Part shown: one piece after another, positions 39,334 to 49,041 of the stretch | How the letters are laid out: each line of letters opens with the position of its first letter | Numbering within the stretch: position 1 is the first letter of the stretch | DNA from: Deltaproteobacteria bacterium | GTDB lineage: Bacteria > Desulfobacterota > Deferrimicrobia > J040 | Direction: 5' to 3' | Assembly (NCBI GenBank): GCA_011773515.1 | Contig: WVXK01000023.1 | Span: 67,263 to 131,262, forward strand | DNA: 64,000 bases | Notes under the pieces: generated by a model | The model's database searches: none | What the model was told of the DNA's origin: nothing | Seen by the model: only the letters and a program-made list of their open reading frames with translations | Position numbers and translations under genes: made by a program

Positions 39334-40372
39334 TTACGGATTTCGTTACCTCGGGACGGTCTATTGTGTCAAAACAGGTCTTATCCGAACAATCATCGAG
39401 GAAGCAGGGAGCACAGTCTGCTCCTCCCGAAAAAATCCTGACGGTACCCAAGGGGATGGGATGCCAACGAACAGGGTTTCCGGGTCCAAAAATAGCAACG
39501 ACGGGAACACCGAGGAGTGCTGCGAGATGCATGAGGCCCGAATCTACCGTAACCATAACCTTCGCTCTCTCGATAATAGCCGCAGCGGTCTTGATATCTG
39601 TCTGGCCGACGAAGGTTACATATTTCCCCCTCATGTGCTTAGAAAGGGCCTTCATTTTACCCGTATCATTTGTCCCCCCCAGAAATACAGGGGTAGATCC
39701 CGTATGTTGGGACACGGATTCGCAAAGATCCGCCATTTCCCTGAATTCCCATTCTTTCGTGCTTCTTTTTCCAAATGGTGAAACGCAGAAATATTCCTCC
39801 GGAGCTGCATGCCCTATCGCGGAAAAACCATCTTCAATCCTGGCCATACCCTCCTCTCTGTCAGCTGCATCGAGCCAGAATTGAATAGGTGCGTCACCCC
39901 TATTTTTCGTTATTGGCTCGATAACCTTGAGCATCTCCCGATCCATCCTCTCTTTTCCAAATGTGCTATAGGAGATTGGATTGGAGAGAAACCTGGAATC
40001 AATGGAATAAGAGTAAGCCGCCCTGATCGTCGCCCCCGTCAAATATGCGAAAAAATTGTCCCGGATATACTGCGATAAGGGCCTTTGAAAATCGGGCGTG
40101 TGGAGATTCACGAAGAGATCGGGAGAAAGCTCCCTGATGACTCTCAGCAGCCTGTAGCCACTTTTTACTTTATTCCCTTGTCGAACATAAGGGATGAATT
40201 TATCTGCATAGGGACAACCAGAAAAAAACCTTTCCATTTTGCTATTTATGACTCTCACTATCTTAGCATCTCTAAATTCGTGCCTCAGCCGCGCCATAAC
40301 TGGGATCGTCATTACGGAATCGCCGAGCCATCCTAGGTGAAAGACAACGATATTTTTTATCCCTTCTTTCAT
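39314..40372 (-). CDS. Glycosyltransferase family 9 (LPS heptosyltransferase-like)
   Basis: 352 aa; N-terminal ..IVVFHLGWLGDSVMTIPVMARLR.. is typical of RfaF/RfaC-type heptosyltransferases. Confidence 0.75.
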   Translation of the reverse strand: MKEGIKNIVVFHLGWLGDSVMTIPVMARLRHEFRDAKIVRVINSKMERFFSGCPYADKFIPYVRQGNKVKSGYRLLRVIRELSPDLFVNLHTPDFQRPLSQYIRDNFFAYLTGATIRAAYSYSIDSRFLSNPISYSTFGKERMDREMLKVIEPITKNRGDAPIQFWLDAADREEGMARIEDGFSAIGHAAPEEYFCVSPFGKRSTKEWEFREMADLCESVSQHTGSTPVFLGGTNDTGKMKALSKHMRGKYVTFVGQTDIKTAAAIIERAKVMVTVDSGLMHLAALLGVPVVAIFGPGNPVRWHPIPLGTVRIFSGGADCAPCFLDDCSDKTCFDTIDRPEVTKSVIDIMEG

Positions 40373-40424
40373 TAAACCTGGTCCCGGTGTATATTCTCTA
40401 ATAAAGTTTATCGGCTAAAACCAT

Positions 40425-41273
40425 ATGAAATTTTCAGTTGTCATTGCAACATACAATAGAGAAGCCCTTCTAAAAAATCTACTCCGCTCACTTCAAAATC
40501 AGACATGCTCCGATATGGAAATTATCATTATAGATCAGAACAGAGATGATAAGGTTAATCAGACAATCAATCTTTTTCCTGAAATAGCCCCTGCAACTCA
40601 GATCATCAAGTCAGATAGTAACAATCTCAGTCTGTGCAGAAACAGGGGGATTGAGGCCTCAAAAGGGGAACTCATATTTTTCCCCGATGACGACGCGACC
40701 ATCCCTGAAGCGTTCTTTGAAAAAGTTGTGGCCCGCTTTGAGAAGGATGGGGACACAGATTTCATCAGCCTACCCTTGCTGGAATGTGAATCGTCTTCCA
40801 GCAAAGATGAAAGGGATATATTTATAACCGAGAGGAACGCAAACTTACTGACAACGGCCTCGAGCGTGATATACAGGAGAAAGGTCATAGATAATACCGG
40901 ACCTTTCGATGTACAGCTCGGCCTCGGTGGAGAGTTCGAAGCTGCAGAAGACCTCGATTACGTTCTCAGGGTGCTCTACAAAGAGTTTCACGGCTATTAT
41001 CACCAGGGAACATTCGTGGTCCATAATAATCCTCTGACCCTTTACGATGTCAGTGCTGCCGAGCGGGCATACAGATATAACAGAGGTTATGGAGCCTGTG
41101 TTAAAAAACATTGGAAGCGTTACAACAACGCCAGTCTTCTCAGGCAGTCAGCCATCGATTCCCTCAAAAATATCATGGGAATGATACGCTATTTTCTTTC
41201 AGATCCGGGCAGATCGAGATATAATTTACTCAGCCTTAGAGGTAAGGTGGATGGTTTCAGAAGATACCGTTGA
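40425..41273 (+). CDS. Glycosyltransferase family 2
   Basis: MKFSVVIATYNREALLKNLLRSLQNQT.. with a DDD region (FFPDDDATI); 282 aa. Confidence 0.85.
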   Translation: MKFSVVIATYNREALLKNLLRSLQNQTCSDMEIIIIDQNRDDKVNQTINLFPEIAPATQIIKSDSNNLSLCRNRGIEASKGELIFFPDDDATIPEAFFEKVVARFEKDGDTDFISLPLLECESSSSKDERDIFITERNANLLTTASSVIYRRKVIDNTGPFDVQLGLGGEFEAAEDLDYVLRVLYKEFHGYYHQGTFVVHNNPLTLYDVSAAERAYRYNRGYGACVKKHWKRYNNASLLRQSAIDSLKNIMGMIRYFLSDPGRSRYNLLSLRGKVDGFRRYR

Positions 41274-41554
41274 ACCCCATAGAACTCCTTTTCACAAACA
41301 ATGTAAATAGCCACTTCAGCAGACAGGGGATAGATTCTTCCCCGCATTTTAAGAATCCCTTCCGTTCGTGTTCATGGATTTACCGATTTACCCCTGACTC
41401 ATAAGAATATCTGAGGCCCCAGTTGATGTCTTCTGAAACGATGCGCCAAGCTCCACCCTGTGAAACAAGATCATCTCACGAGGAAGAAGGAATAATCTTG
41501 TCAGCGTTATGATCAAAAAATTTCGATGTATTTAAATCTGACCCTCCTGACCGG

Positions 41555-43684
41555 TTATGACAGGACAATTTTCCTCTTATTTGTGGGGTCTACTTTGTGT
41601 TCCCATGATAACCTTCTCCTGTCGAGAGCCTCTCGAACTACCCGTAAGTGATTTTCAGACTGCAGTTGATAGTCGAGGACGGACGTGTTGTCCCCGTGAA
41701 TTCTGTAGCAGTAGAGGACTTTTTTCAGGTGGGAAAAGCTGGTGACCTCACTCAGTTTAAGATACATATCATAATCAACAGCGTTTTTAATCTCCCTGTG
41801 AAATCCTGGCGTTCTATGCCAGTAAAGGCTCCTGAACATTCTGAAATGATGAACAATCATAGACTCGAGAAGGATAATCGGGTCATAATCGGGCCATGAA
41901 AACCCGGCGCAGACAAATTCTCCCTTTTCATTAATGATTTCATAATTGGAATAAACAAGGCCGAACTCAGGATGTTTTTCGAGAAAACCAACGGTAATCT
42001 CGACAGCTTCCGGTTTAAGCACATCGTCACTATCGAGCTGGCCTACAAACTCTCCCCGGCACATTCTCACCGCACGATTTGAAGCACCACCTATTCCCGC
42101 ATGGGGAATCCGCTCTATTCTTATCTTCTCATGCTTGCTGTACTCTTTATGCAAGAACTCGTATGTCCCATCTGTCGACCCATCATCGCAAATACACAAT
42201 TCCCAATCATCATACGTTTGTAAGATAACGCTCTCTATTGCCTCGCTGATAAATTTTTTTGAATTGTACGAGGGCATATAAATTGAAACTCTCGGAACAA
42301 ATCCGTTCTTCCTTCTTTCTCTCCTCATGACGGGAATCTTTCTCTCAAGGAGATTTTGCGTTTTTTCCCTTCCCTCTTCTCTCTTCGCCACATCGGGGTG
42401 ATTTTGATGAAATGCCCGAGCAGAATTTTCGGGAATGATGTAGGCACCTTTCAGATACATCCTGTAAAAAAACTCGATATCTTCTCCGCCCCAGAATGTG
42501 AACTCCTCATCGAAAAGCCCCGCTTTCACCGCATATGCTTTACGGAAAGATACATTCCCTCCAGAGGCATAGCGATAGGGCTCCAGGGACTTTCTCAAAA
42601 AATCTGTCTTTTTATAAATTCTATCTCGCCAATCCAGATACGGCTCGTCTTCGTCTCTGATACTTTCGGGCGCCATGGCCCGTCTCCTGGCAAATTGACT
42701 CCTTACTTCCTTCTCGATTTCAGAGGGCTCCAATCCGGCAGGATCGATAAATCCTCTGTCTCCTACCACGACAATGTTATTGTTGCATACATGAAACCAC
42801 TGTGCGTGCGAGCTTACAAACTCGGGAACCGGTATCATGTCGCAATCGAGGAGGATAACCACTTCGTTCGTCGACTCACTGATGCCCAGATTCCTTACAG
42901 CTGCGAGGCGGTAACCCTCATCATCCTGTTTGACATGACGCACATTCAAAACATTTTCGTACTGAGAGATAATATTTTCATAACCTTCACTGCTTCCATC
43001 ATCGGCAACGATTATTTCCATGAGATCACGGGGATAGTCCTGATACGTAAGTCCTCGAAGACTCCTATCGAGTTCAACTGGCCTGTTATACACGGGGATT
43101 ACTATCGAAACAGCTATTTTCGGCGTAAATGTTCTTTCCCGTAGAGCAGATTCGATAAGGGAATAGTCATTAGGAAAGCCTATTTCATAGGGAAAAACTC
43201 TGACTTTTTTTAAATTTTTCCTTTTTGCCTTCAGAGAAACATACCTTCTTACCTTTTCGTATATATTTACGGCGCTGTTCTTGGCAATCTTCAGTCCATC
43301 TAACGGCTCTAACTCGCCTTTGCAAAGATAATACTTCCCGCGAAACGGATGCATGGCGATATAGAGCAAAAGCTTGCTGTACGATTGGATGACGACAACC
43401 TCTTCCTTTCGGTTTGCCAGCAACTCCCTCGATAGGTACCGTAGGGGATTTTTCCTGCAAATTTTTACTCCCTTAGCTCTTAACCTCTCCTTTATATCGT
43501 TGCCAACCTCCCTGGATTCGATGAGAAATACGTTCTCCATGAAATTCTCAGATGAAAGAAGGAGTTCTCTTATAATGCTTTCATCGAGCATACCGACAAA
43601 CAGATATTCTCCTGGCCTCACCATGCCAGACCTCTTAATGCCTTCACTTTCAATGAAAAAGTCTAATCCGACCATAACCGACAC
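41555..43684 (-). CDS. Large glycosyltransferase with two tandem GT2 domains and an uncharacterised ~170-aa N-terminal region
   Basis: GT2 #1: VSIVIPVYNRPVELDRSL..ADDGSSEGYE..LLDCDMIP. GT2 #2: VSIYMPSYNSKKFISEAIESVILQTYDDWELCICDDGSTDGT..QLDSDDVL. 709 aa. Confidence 0.8.
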   Translation of the reverse strand: MSVMVGLDFFIESEGIKRSGMVRPGEYLFVGMLDESIIRELLLSSENFMENVFLIESREVGNDIKERLRAKGVKICRKNPLRYLSRELLANRKEEVVVIQSYSKLLLYIAMHPFRGKYYLCKGELEPLDGLKIAKNSAVNIYEKVRRYVSLKAKRKNLKKVRVFPYEIGFPNDYSLIESALRERTFTPKIAVSIVIPVYNRPVELDRSLRGLTYQDYPRDLMEIIVADDGSSEGYENIISQYENVLNVRHVKQDDEGYRLAAVRNLGISESTNEVVILLDCDMIPVPEFVSSHAQWFHVCNNNIVVVGDRGFIDPAGLEPSEIEKEVRSQFARRRAMAPESIRDEDEPYLDWRDRIYKKTDFLRKSLEPYRYASGGNVSFRKAYAVKAGLFDEEFTFWGGEDIEFFYRMYLKGAYIIPENSARAFHQNHPDVAKREEGREKTQNLLERKIPVMRRERRKNGFVPRVSIYMPSYNSKKFISEAIESVILQTYDDWELCICDDGSTDGTYEFLHKEYSKHEKIRIERIPHAGIGGASNRAVRMCRGEFVGQLDSDDVLKPEAVEITVGFLEKHPEFGLVYSNYEIINEKGEFVCAGFSWPDYDPIILLESMIVHHFRMFRSLYWHRTPGFHREIKNAVDYDMYLKLSEVTSFSHLKKVLYCYRIHGDNTSVLDYQLQSENHLRVVREALDRRRLSWEHKVDPTNKRKIVLS

Positions 43685-43729
43685 TTGGACGATTTACAGA
43701 TGGGTATCTTATTCGATAGATTATATTTA

Positions 43730-44773
43730 CTATTTCGATCGTCCTTTCCCTTTTGAAAATATAGCCCTCTTCACCATTTTCAACATATTTACAATTGGTT
43801 CAGGAAAATGTGTGACTATTACATTTATCAATGAAAGCCTTGAGACTTTCCAGATGCCTTGTCTTGCATTCCTATCGAAAGGATCTCTGATAAAGGCTCG
43901 CCAAAAAAGGTTCAAAGCGATATTGTAGTTTTCTTTTTCAAGCATTATATCCCCCCAGTAACTATACCCTCGGATGGAATTCTTTCTATCTTTACAATGA
44001 ATATTTTTTAAGACATCAACCAGTGAAACGCCATCTCCACACTCATCCATGATCTGGAGCCGGTCCCTACCAAACTTTCTTCTTTCCCTTGCCAGTTCAA
44101 CAGCCATAGAGGCATACTCATCTTGTATTGCTTTTCCAGATACAGAAATCGACTCTACGTTGAGTCTCCATTTATAGAGAAACTCGGGTATGTTTGCCAT
44201 GTCGTAATATTCTGCAATACGAAGCCATAGATCATAATCCTGAGATGCTTGAAATGCCTCTCTGTAATAACCGACCTTTTCGACACACTCTTTGCGGAAC
44301 ATGACCGAACCATGGGCAAACCTGTTTCCTTCCAGCAGCTTCTCTCTTAACTCGACTGTATCCGATATCGGCCTCTCCTCATCGACGACATTGCCTTTTT
44401 CATCAATTCTCAAATAATAGGTACCGACAAGGCCAATATTCCTGTGGCGATCCAGAAAATCCACCTCCTTTTCCAACCTCTCGGGAAGAGCAATGTCATC
44501 GGCATCCATCCGCGCTACATACTCGCTCCGGATCATCTCGATCCCCCTGTTCAGTGACCGGGTGAGCCCGAGATTCATCTCATTCTCCACGACCCTGATT
44601 CTTCTGTCACGGTAACCCTGCAGGATACTTCCCGTGCCGTCCGTTGAGCCATCGTTGACGATGAAGAACAAAAAGTCCTCAAAGGTCTGATTCAGGATGC
44701 TCTCAACGGCCTCCCGCAAATACCGTTCCCCGTTGTAGACGGACATGAGTAAGGTAACTTTTGTGTTCTCCAT
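43730..44773 (-). CDS. Glycosyltransferase family 2
   Basis: ..TLLMSVYNGERYLREAVESILNQTFEDFLFFIVNDGSTDGT..ARMDADDIAL..; 347 aa. Confidence 0.85.
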   Translation of the reverse strand: MENTKVTLLMSVYNGERYLREAVESILNQTFEDFLFFIVNDGSTDGTGSILQGYRDRRIRVVENEMNLGLTRSLNRGIEMIRSEYVARMDADDIALPERLEKEVDFLDRHRNIGLVGTYYLRIDEKGNVVDEERPISDTVELREKLLEGNRFAHGSVMFRKECVEKVGYYREAFQASQDYDLWLRIAEYYDMANIPEFLYKWRLNVESISVSGKAIQDEYASMAVELARERRKFGRDRLQIMDECGDGVSLVDVLKNIHCKDRKNSIRGYSYWGDIMLEKENYNIALNLFWRAFIRDPFDRNARQGIWKVSRLSLINVIVTHFPEPIVNMLKMVKRAIFSKGKGRSK

Positions 44774-44803
44774 GATTGTTGCACCGAGTTATTCCTGAAA
44801 ATT

Positions 44804-46177
44804 TCAGAACGCCAACCTCGCTATTTTCTTTATCCCTCTCGCAAAAAGAGACAATAATCTGGAAGCGGCCATGTCATCGATTTTTTGCATCATTTTTTTC
44901 TTTTGCAACTCAATCAAAAGTTTTTTGTCAAAATCCGTCCTTTCCTTGAAATCGTAATCCACAAAATTCTTACTGTCTCTGCCATAAAAATATTCCGCTC
45001 TCACATCGTAACCGGGAAGATAGAGGAGCCCTATATCATCTTTGTGCTCGTAAAGGTTATTTTCCAGGATATGCCTATACAGGGGGCTGTTTGGAATCCC
45101 GACAAAAACACCGAAACTGTACGAGTAGGGCTTCAAATCGTCAATCAGCTTCTTCGTTAGGAGGAAATCTTCATATGTCTCTCCCGGGACTCCCGTGATG
45201 AGGCTGCAATAAGCCCGGATATTGTATTTAGTTGCAAGGCATACCGCTTTCTCAATCTGCTCGATCGTTATCTTTTTGTTCAACATATCAAGAATCCTCT
45301 GGCTTCCGCTTTCAACCCCGAGATATACGGCTCCGCATCCCGAACGGCTCATCTCCTCAACCAAGCCCTCATCCGTGAGAGTGTCTACTCGTGTTTCGCA
45401 GGCCCAGGAAATATCGATGTTCTTCTTCCTTAATTTGCTGCAGAAATCTGAGACTCTCTTCCCGTCTAACGTAAAGTTATCTTCTCTGAAATAGATACCT
45501 CTCGCTCCGTATTCCCTTACCAAGTATTCGATTTCTTCAACAATTCTCAAGGCGCTAAAGGAGGTATAACGTCGCCCCCAGATCGAGCACACAGAGCAGA
45601 AGTTGCAGTCGAAAGGACAACCTCTGCTCGTGTTCATGGTGAACACCGGTTGCACATCCATCCACGGGCATGTGTAATCATAGGGAAGTCCATTGAATAT
45701 GTCCCACGGCTGAAATGGGAGGTGATCCAATTCTTTCAGCGACTCTTTTCTAACAACCCTCTCCCTCTCTTCCCCCGTGATAACATCCAGAATTACCTTT
45801 TCTCCTTCCCCTTGAACCACGTGATCCACAAATTCCGGTATCGTTTCCGGGGCGACACTCGCATGGGGTCCCCCCACAATGATTTTCCCTCTCCACTCGC
45901 CCCTTTCCCGTAGTTTCTCGAGCGAATGAGCCATTCTGAGCGTGTCACGGAAACAAATTGTGTTTGCGTGTATCGCCACGATATCAATATCTTTCTGTTT
46001 CATGAACCCTGATTCGATAAAATCCGTCGGCCGAAGATAGTTATCTATGAAAAATACCTTATGCCCCGCATTCCTGACGATTGACATGAGGAATCCGACT
46101 CCCAGCGGAGGTCTTTTTTCATCCGTAAAAAATGGGCTTACCCGGGGCGCGGCTGATGTTGTAAAGAGTATATTCAT
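44804..46177 (-). CDS. B12-binding-domain radical SAM protein
   Basis: N-terminal Rossmann-like cobalamin-binding region, then MNTSRGCPFDCNFCSVCSIWGRRY (CxxxCxxC); 457 aa. Confidence 0.8.
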   Translation of the reverse strand: MNILFTTSAAPRVSPFFTDEKRPPLGVGFLMSIVRNAGHKVFFIDNYLRPTDFIESGFMKQKDIDIVAIHANTICFRDTLRMAHSLEKLRERGEWRGKIIVGGPHASVAPETIPEFVDHVVQGEGEKVILDVITGEERERVVRKESLKELDHLPFQPWDIFNGLPYDYTCPWMDVQPVFTMNTSRGCPFDCNFCSVCSIWGRRYTSFSALRIVEEIEYLVREYGARGIYFREDNFTLDGKRVSDFCSKLRKKNIDISWACETRVDTLTDEGLVEEMSRSGCGAVYLGVESGSQRILDMLNKKITIEQIEKAVCLATKYNIRAYCSLITGVPGETYEDFLLTKKLIDDLKPYSYSFGVFVGIPNSPLYRHILENNLYEHKDDIGLLYLPGYDVRAEYFYGRDSKNFVDYDFKERTDFDKKLLIELQKKKMMQKIDDMAASRLLSLFARGIKKIARLAF

Positions 46178-46189
46178 ATCATTTGGCCG

Positions 46190-46978
46190 TTAATTCGATC
46201 CAGGCTTGCAGGCGGAAAAAAACAGCCTGTTTTTGAAGATCCGGATCTTCTCAAATCCCACATTATCCAGAAAATCATGTAACTCCCCTTTTGTGCAGAT
46301 GTGACGATGGAACTCATTCCCTGCACAGAGGGTGTCGGCTTCATCTCTCGTTTCCGGGAAGAAGGAACTACCAACCAATATCCCCCCCGCTTTTAACAGA
46401 CGATAAGTCTCGTAAATATATAACGGTATTTCCTCCCGGGAAAAATGCTCAATGCTCTCCATTGCTGTTACGACATCGAAGCTACCATCCTTGAAAGGCA
46501 TGTTTAAAACCGAGGCTCGAACGTAGAAAGTTTTACCGGTATTCCATAACCTTCTCGAAAATGCGACCGAAGTACCGTCTATGTCAACACACGTCACGCA
46601 ATTGGCGATACCGTCGAGCAGATATCCACCCCATCCAAGCCCGCTGCAGGTCTCGAGAATGTTTTTTCCTTTTCCAAAATACATAGCGAGCCCATACCGC
46701 AATAACATTTGCTTGTACCATCCACTGGACTGAAATTTCTCGTTGGAGGGAATATCCCTCTCGCCCACCAGTTCCATATCGACATCGCTTGTCTTTAGCT
46801 CGAGAATCTCGGTAACCCTGCTGTTGTGCCGAATGTATTTCCTGTAGATCCTGCGGAGAAAAATCTCCTCATTCGTCGCAGTGTAATCATTTTTGTGAGC
46901 TGCTGAGAACTTCTTCGTGCATGCCCGGGAGAAATCTTTTAAATATTTGAACAATGAGAACTCCACTCCGTTAATCAA
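46190..46978 (-). CDS. Class I SAM-dependent methyltransferase
   Basis: Motif I ..ILETCSGLGWGGYLL.., post-I acidic residue ..CVDIDG.., motif ..PFKDGSFDVVTAMESIEH..; 262 aa. Confidence 0.8.
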   Translation of the reverse strand: MINGVEFSLFKYLKDFSRACTKKFSAAHKNDYTATNEEIFLRRIYRKYIRHNSRVTEILELKTSDVDMELVGERDIPSNEKFQSSGWYKQMLLRYGLAMYFGKGKNILETCSGLGWGGYLLDGIANCVTCVDIDGTSVAFSRRLWNTGKTFYVRASVLNMPFKDGSFDVVTAMESIEHFSREEIPLYIYETYRLLKAGGILVGSSFFPETRDEADTLCAGNEFHRHICTKGELHDFLDNVGFEKIRIFKNRLFFSACKPGSN

Positions 46979-48170
46979 TCTCAGTTATGTCATAGGTCAC
47001 GGCAAGAAAGTTTCTTCCTGTCGCGTAATCAACACCCTTGAATTCTACGGGGATTCTCCACCAGAAGAGAAGTTCGCCACGACCTTTGGACCAGAGTGCA
47101 ACACTGACATTCCCGTTTGTATCGTTTATGCGAATATCTCTTATGACAATCTCTAACCGGTGGTTTCCTTTTTTAAGATCGATGAGTTTATCGTAGGCCC
47201 TATTCGTGGCCTGGAAGTAAAGTCCCTTCTCGTCGTCGCTAAATATAGCCGTATCTATATCCACGTCAGGATAATCTACTCCGGAATCGTATCTCATAGA
47301 AAGGGAAAAGGACTCTCCAGGAAACAGAACATCGCTATTGAATTCAATATCGGTAAAAGCTATGTTCTCATTCCCCGTGCAGATAGCCTCGATGCCGGTT
47401 TCTCCGTCATCAGAAAACAGGCGCTTGTATTCCCTTATTCCATCAGGTACGTTGTCAAAAAGCTTCACCTTTCCACCGTTTAAGAGAATGAGTCGCTCGG
47501 CGAACGTGGAGATAACGTGCATATTGTGGGAAACAATGAGGGTCGTCATTCCGTTCTTTTTCATTTCTCCGATCTTGTCGAAACATTTTTTCTGGAAGCC
47601 CTCATCCCCCACAGCCAGTACTTCATCGATGAGGAGTATGTCCGGCTCGCAGTAAGCTGCAACAGCGAATCCCAGACGAACAAACATCCCGCTGGAATAG
47701 TGTTTGACCGGAACATCGATGAAATCGTGAATACCGGCAAAGTCGACTATGGCGTCGAGCTTTTCATCCACTTCCCTCTTCGCCATCCCAAGAATGGCTG
47801 CGTTGACGTAGACGTTCTCTCTTCCTGAAAGGAGAGGGTGAAATCCAGCACCGACAGCGATAAGCGCTCCCATCTTGCCTCTGACAGATATTTTCCCCCT
47901 GTCGGGCCAGAAAATTCCATTGAGCATTTTCAAAAGAGTCGTCTTGCCGGAACCGTTCGGGCCGATGATTCCCAGAGTCTCTCCCCTTCGCATCTCAAAA
48001 GAAACATCGTCGACAGCCCAGAACTCTCCTTTTCGCAGGCGCGCCGAGTGGGAAGAGAGGCCGACCGTGTTTCTTGCGATATCCCATATCCCGTAGAGCA
48101 TAGACCTCTTTATGGATTTGCAATATTTCTTCGAAACATTCTCTACTTTTAGTGCGAAACCATCTTTCAT
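46971..48170 (-). CDS. wzt: Polysaccharide ABC transporter ATP-binding protein Wzt with a C-terminal substrate-binding beta-sandwich extension
   Basis: Walker A GPNGSGKTT, signature YSSGMFVRLGF, Walker B ILLIDEVLAVGD. About 150 extra C-terminal residues (..NVSVALWSKGRGELLFWWRIPVEFK..) resemble the Wzt_C carbohydrate-binding domain. Confidence 0.85.
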   Translation of the reverse strand: MKDGFALKVENVSKKYCKSIKRSMLYGIWDIARNTVGLSSHSARLRKGEFWAVDDVSFEMRRGETLGIIGPNGSGKTTLLKMLNGIFWPDRGKISVRGKMGALIAVGAGFHPLLSGRENVYVNAAILGMAKREVDEKLDAIVDFAGIHDFIDVPVKHYSSGMFVRLGFAVAAYCEPDILLIDEVLAVGDEGFQKKCFDKIGEMKKNGMTTLIVSHNMHVISTFAERLILLNGGKVKLFDNVPDGIREYKRLFSDDGETGIEAICTGNENIAFTDIEFNSDVLFPGESFSLSMRYDSGVDYPDVDIDTAIFSDDEKGLYFQATNRAYDKLIDLKKGNHRLEIVIRDIRINDTNGNVSVALWSKGRGELLFWWRIPVEFKGVDYATGRNFLAVTYDITEID

Positions 48171-48171
48171 T

Positions 48172-49026
48172 TTATACTCTTTCCGTAACCCTCGTTTCCG
48201 TCAGGTGAAAAACGATGATGCAGAAACAGGAAACGGCAAGAGACAGGAAAACAGCGAGGATATAACCGCTCTTTTCCCGAACAGTACCCGAGAGCATCAA
48301 ATCCCGGGGAACTGACACCAGGTAATAGAGGGGATTATATGTTGAGATCAACGCGAGCAGGCCAGACGCAGGCTTCGGGTAAAGAACGGGCGTTATGAAC
48401 ATGAGAAAGGTCATAACGATGGATAGTGCATTTCCCACATCCCGGACAACCGCGTTCAGCAGTGAAAAAATGAAGCCGAGTCCCACGGAGAGGACTATCA
48501 GAGGGAGCAGGAGGAGAGGGAGAAAGACCACGTTCAAGCTGGGAGCAAATCGATAGTAAACGCAGAGAGCGAGAACGAGGGAAAACTGTATGATAAATGC
48601 GACGATAGACCGTCCCTGTGATGCCAGAACGAGAGACTTCTTGGAGAAGTTTATCATGACGATCATCGATCCGGCCTTAACGAGGGCATCACCCCCCGAA
48701 ACGAGGCCCGCCGAAAAAAGCTGCCACAGGGCAACGCCGAGGAGGCCGTAGATCGCATAGGGAGCATCAATGGGACCGATGGCGAAAACCCCTGAACGGT
48801 TGAGCAGAACGAAGGTCCCGACGCTGACCAGTGGGATGATAAAGCTCCAGAAGACGCCGATGAAAGACTGCTTGTAGAGCGATATGAAATCTCTCTTGAA
48901 GAGTTGGTAGGTGAGCCACCTGTTGGCCGAAATATCCTCGACGATCTCTGAAAAAACGGACAGGTAGCCCTTTTTCAGAGAGTTGTCTGGCTCATACGTG
49001 AACATTTTCACCTTTTCTCGTCCCAT
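48172..49026 (-). CDS. wzm: Polysaccharide ABC-2 transporter permease Wzm
   Basis: 284 aa, 6 TM, ABC-2 type; its stop abuts the wzt start. Confidence 0.8.
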   Translation of the reverse strand: MGREKVKMFTYEPDNSLKKGYLSVFSEIVEDISANRWLTYQLFKRDFISLYKQSFIGVFWSFIIPLVSVGTFVLLNRSGVFAIGPIDAPYAIYGLLGVALWQLFSAGLVSGGDALVKAGSMIVMINFSKKSLVLASQGRSIVAFIIQFSLVLALCVYYRFAPSLNVVFLPLLLLPLIVLSVGLGFIFSLLNAVVRDVGNALSIVMTFLMFITPVLYPKPASGLLALISTYNPLYYLVSVPRDLMLSGTVREKSGYILAVFLSLAVSCFCIIVFHLTETRVTERV

Positions 49027-49041
49027 AGTATCACGATGGTC

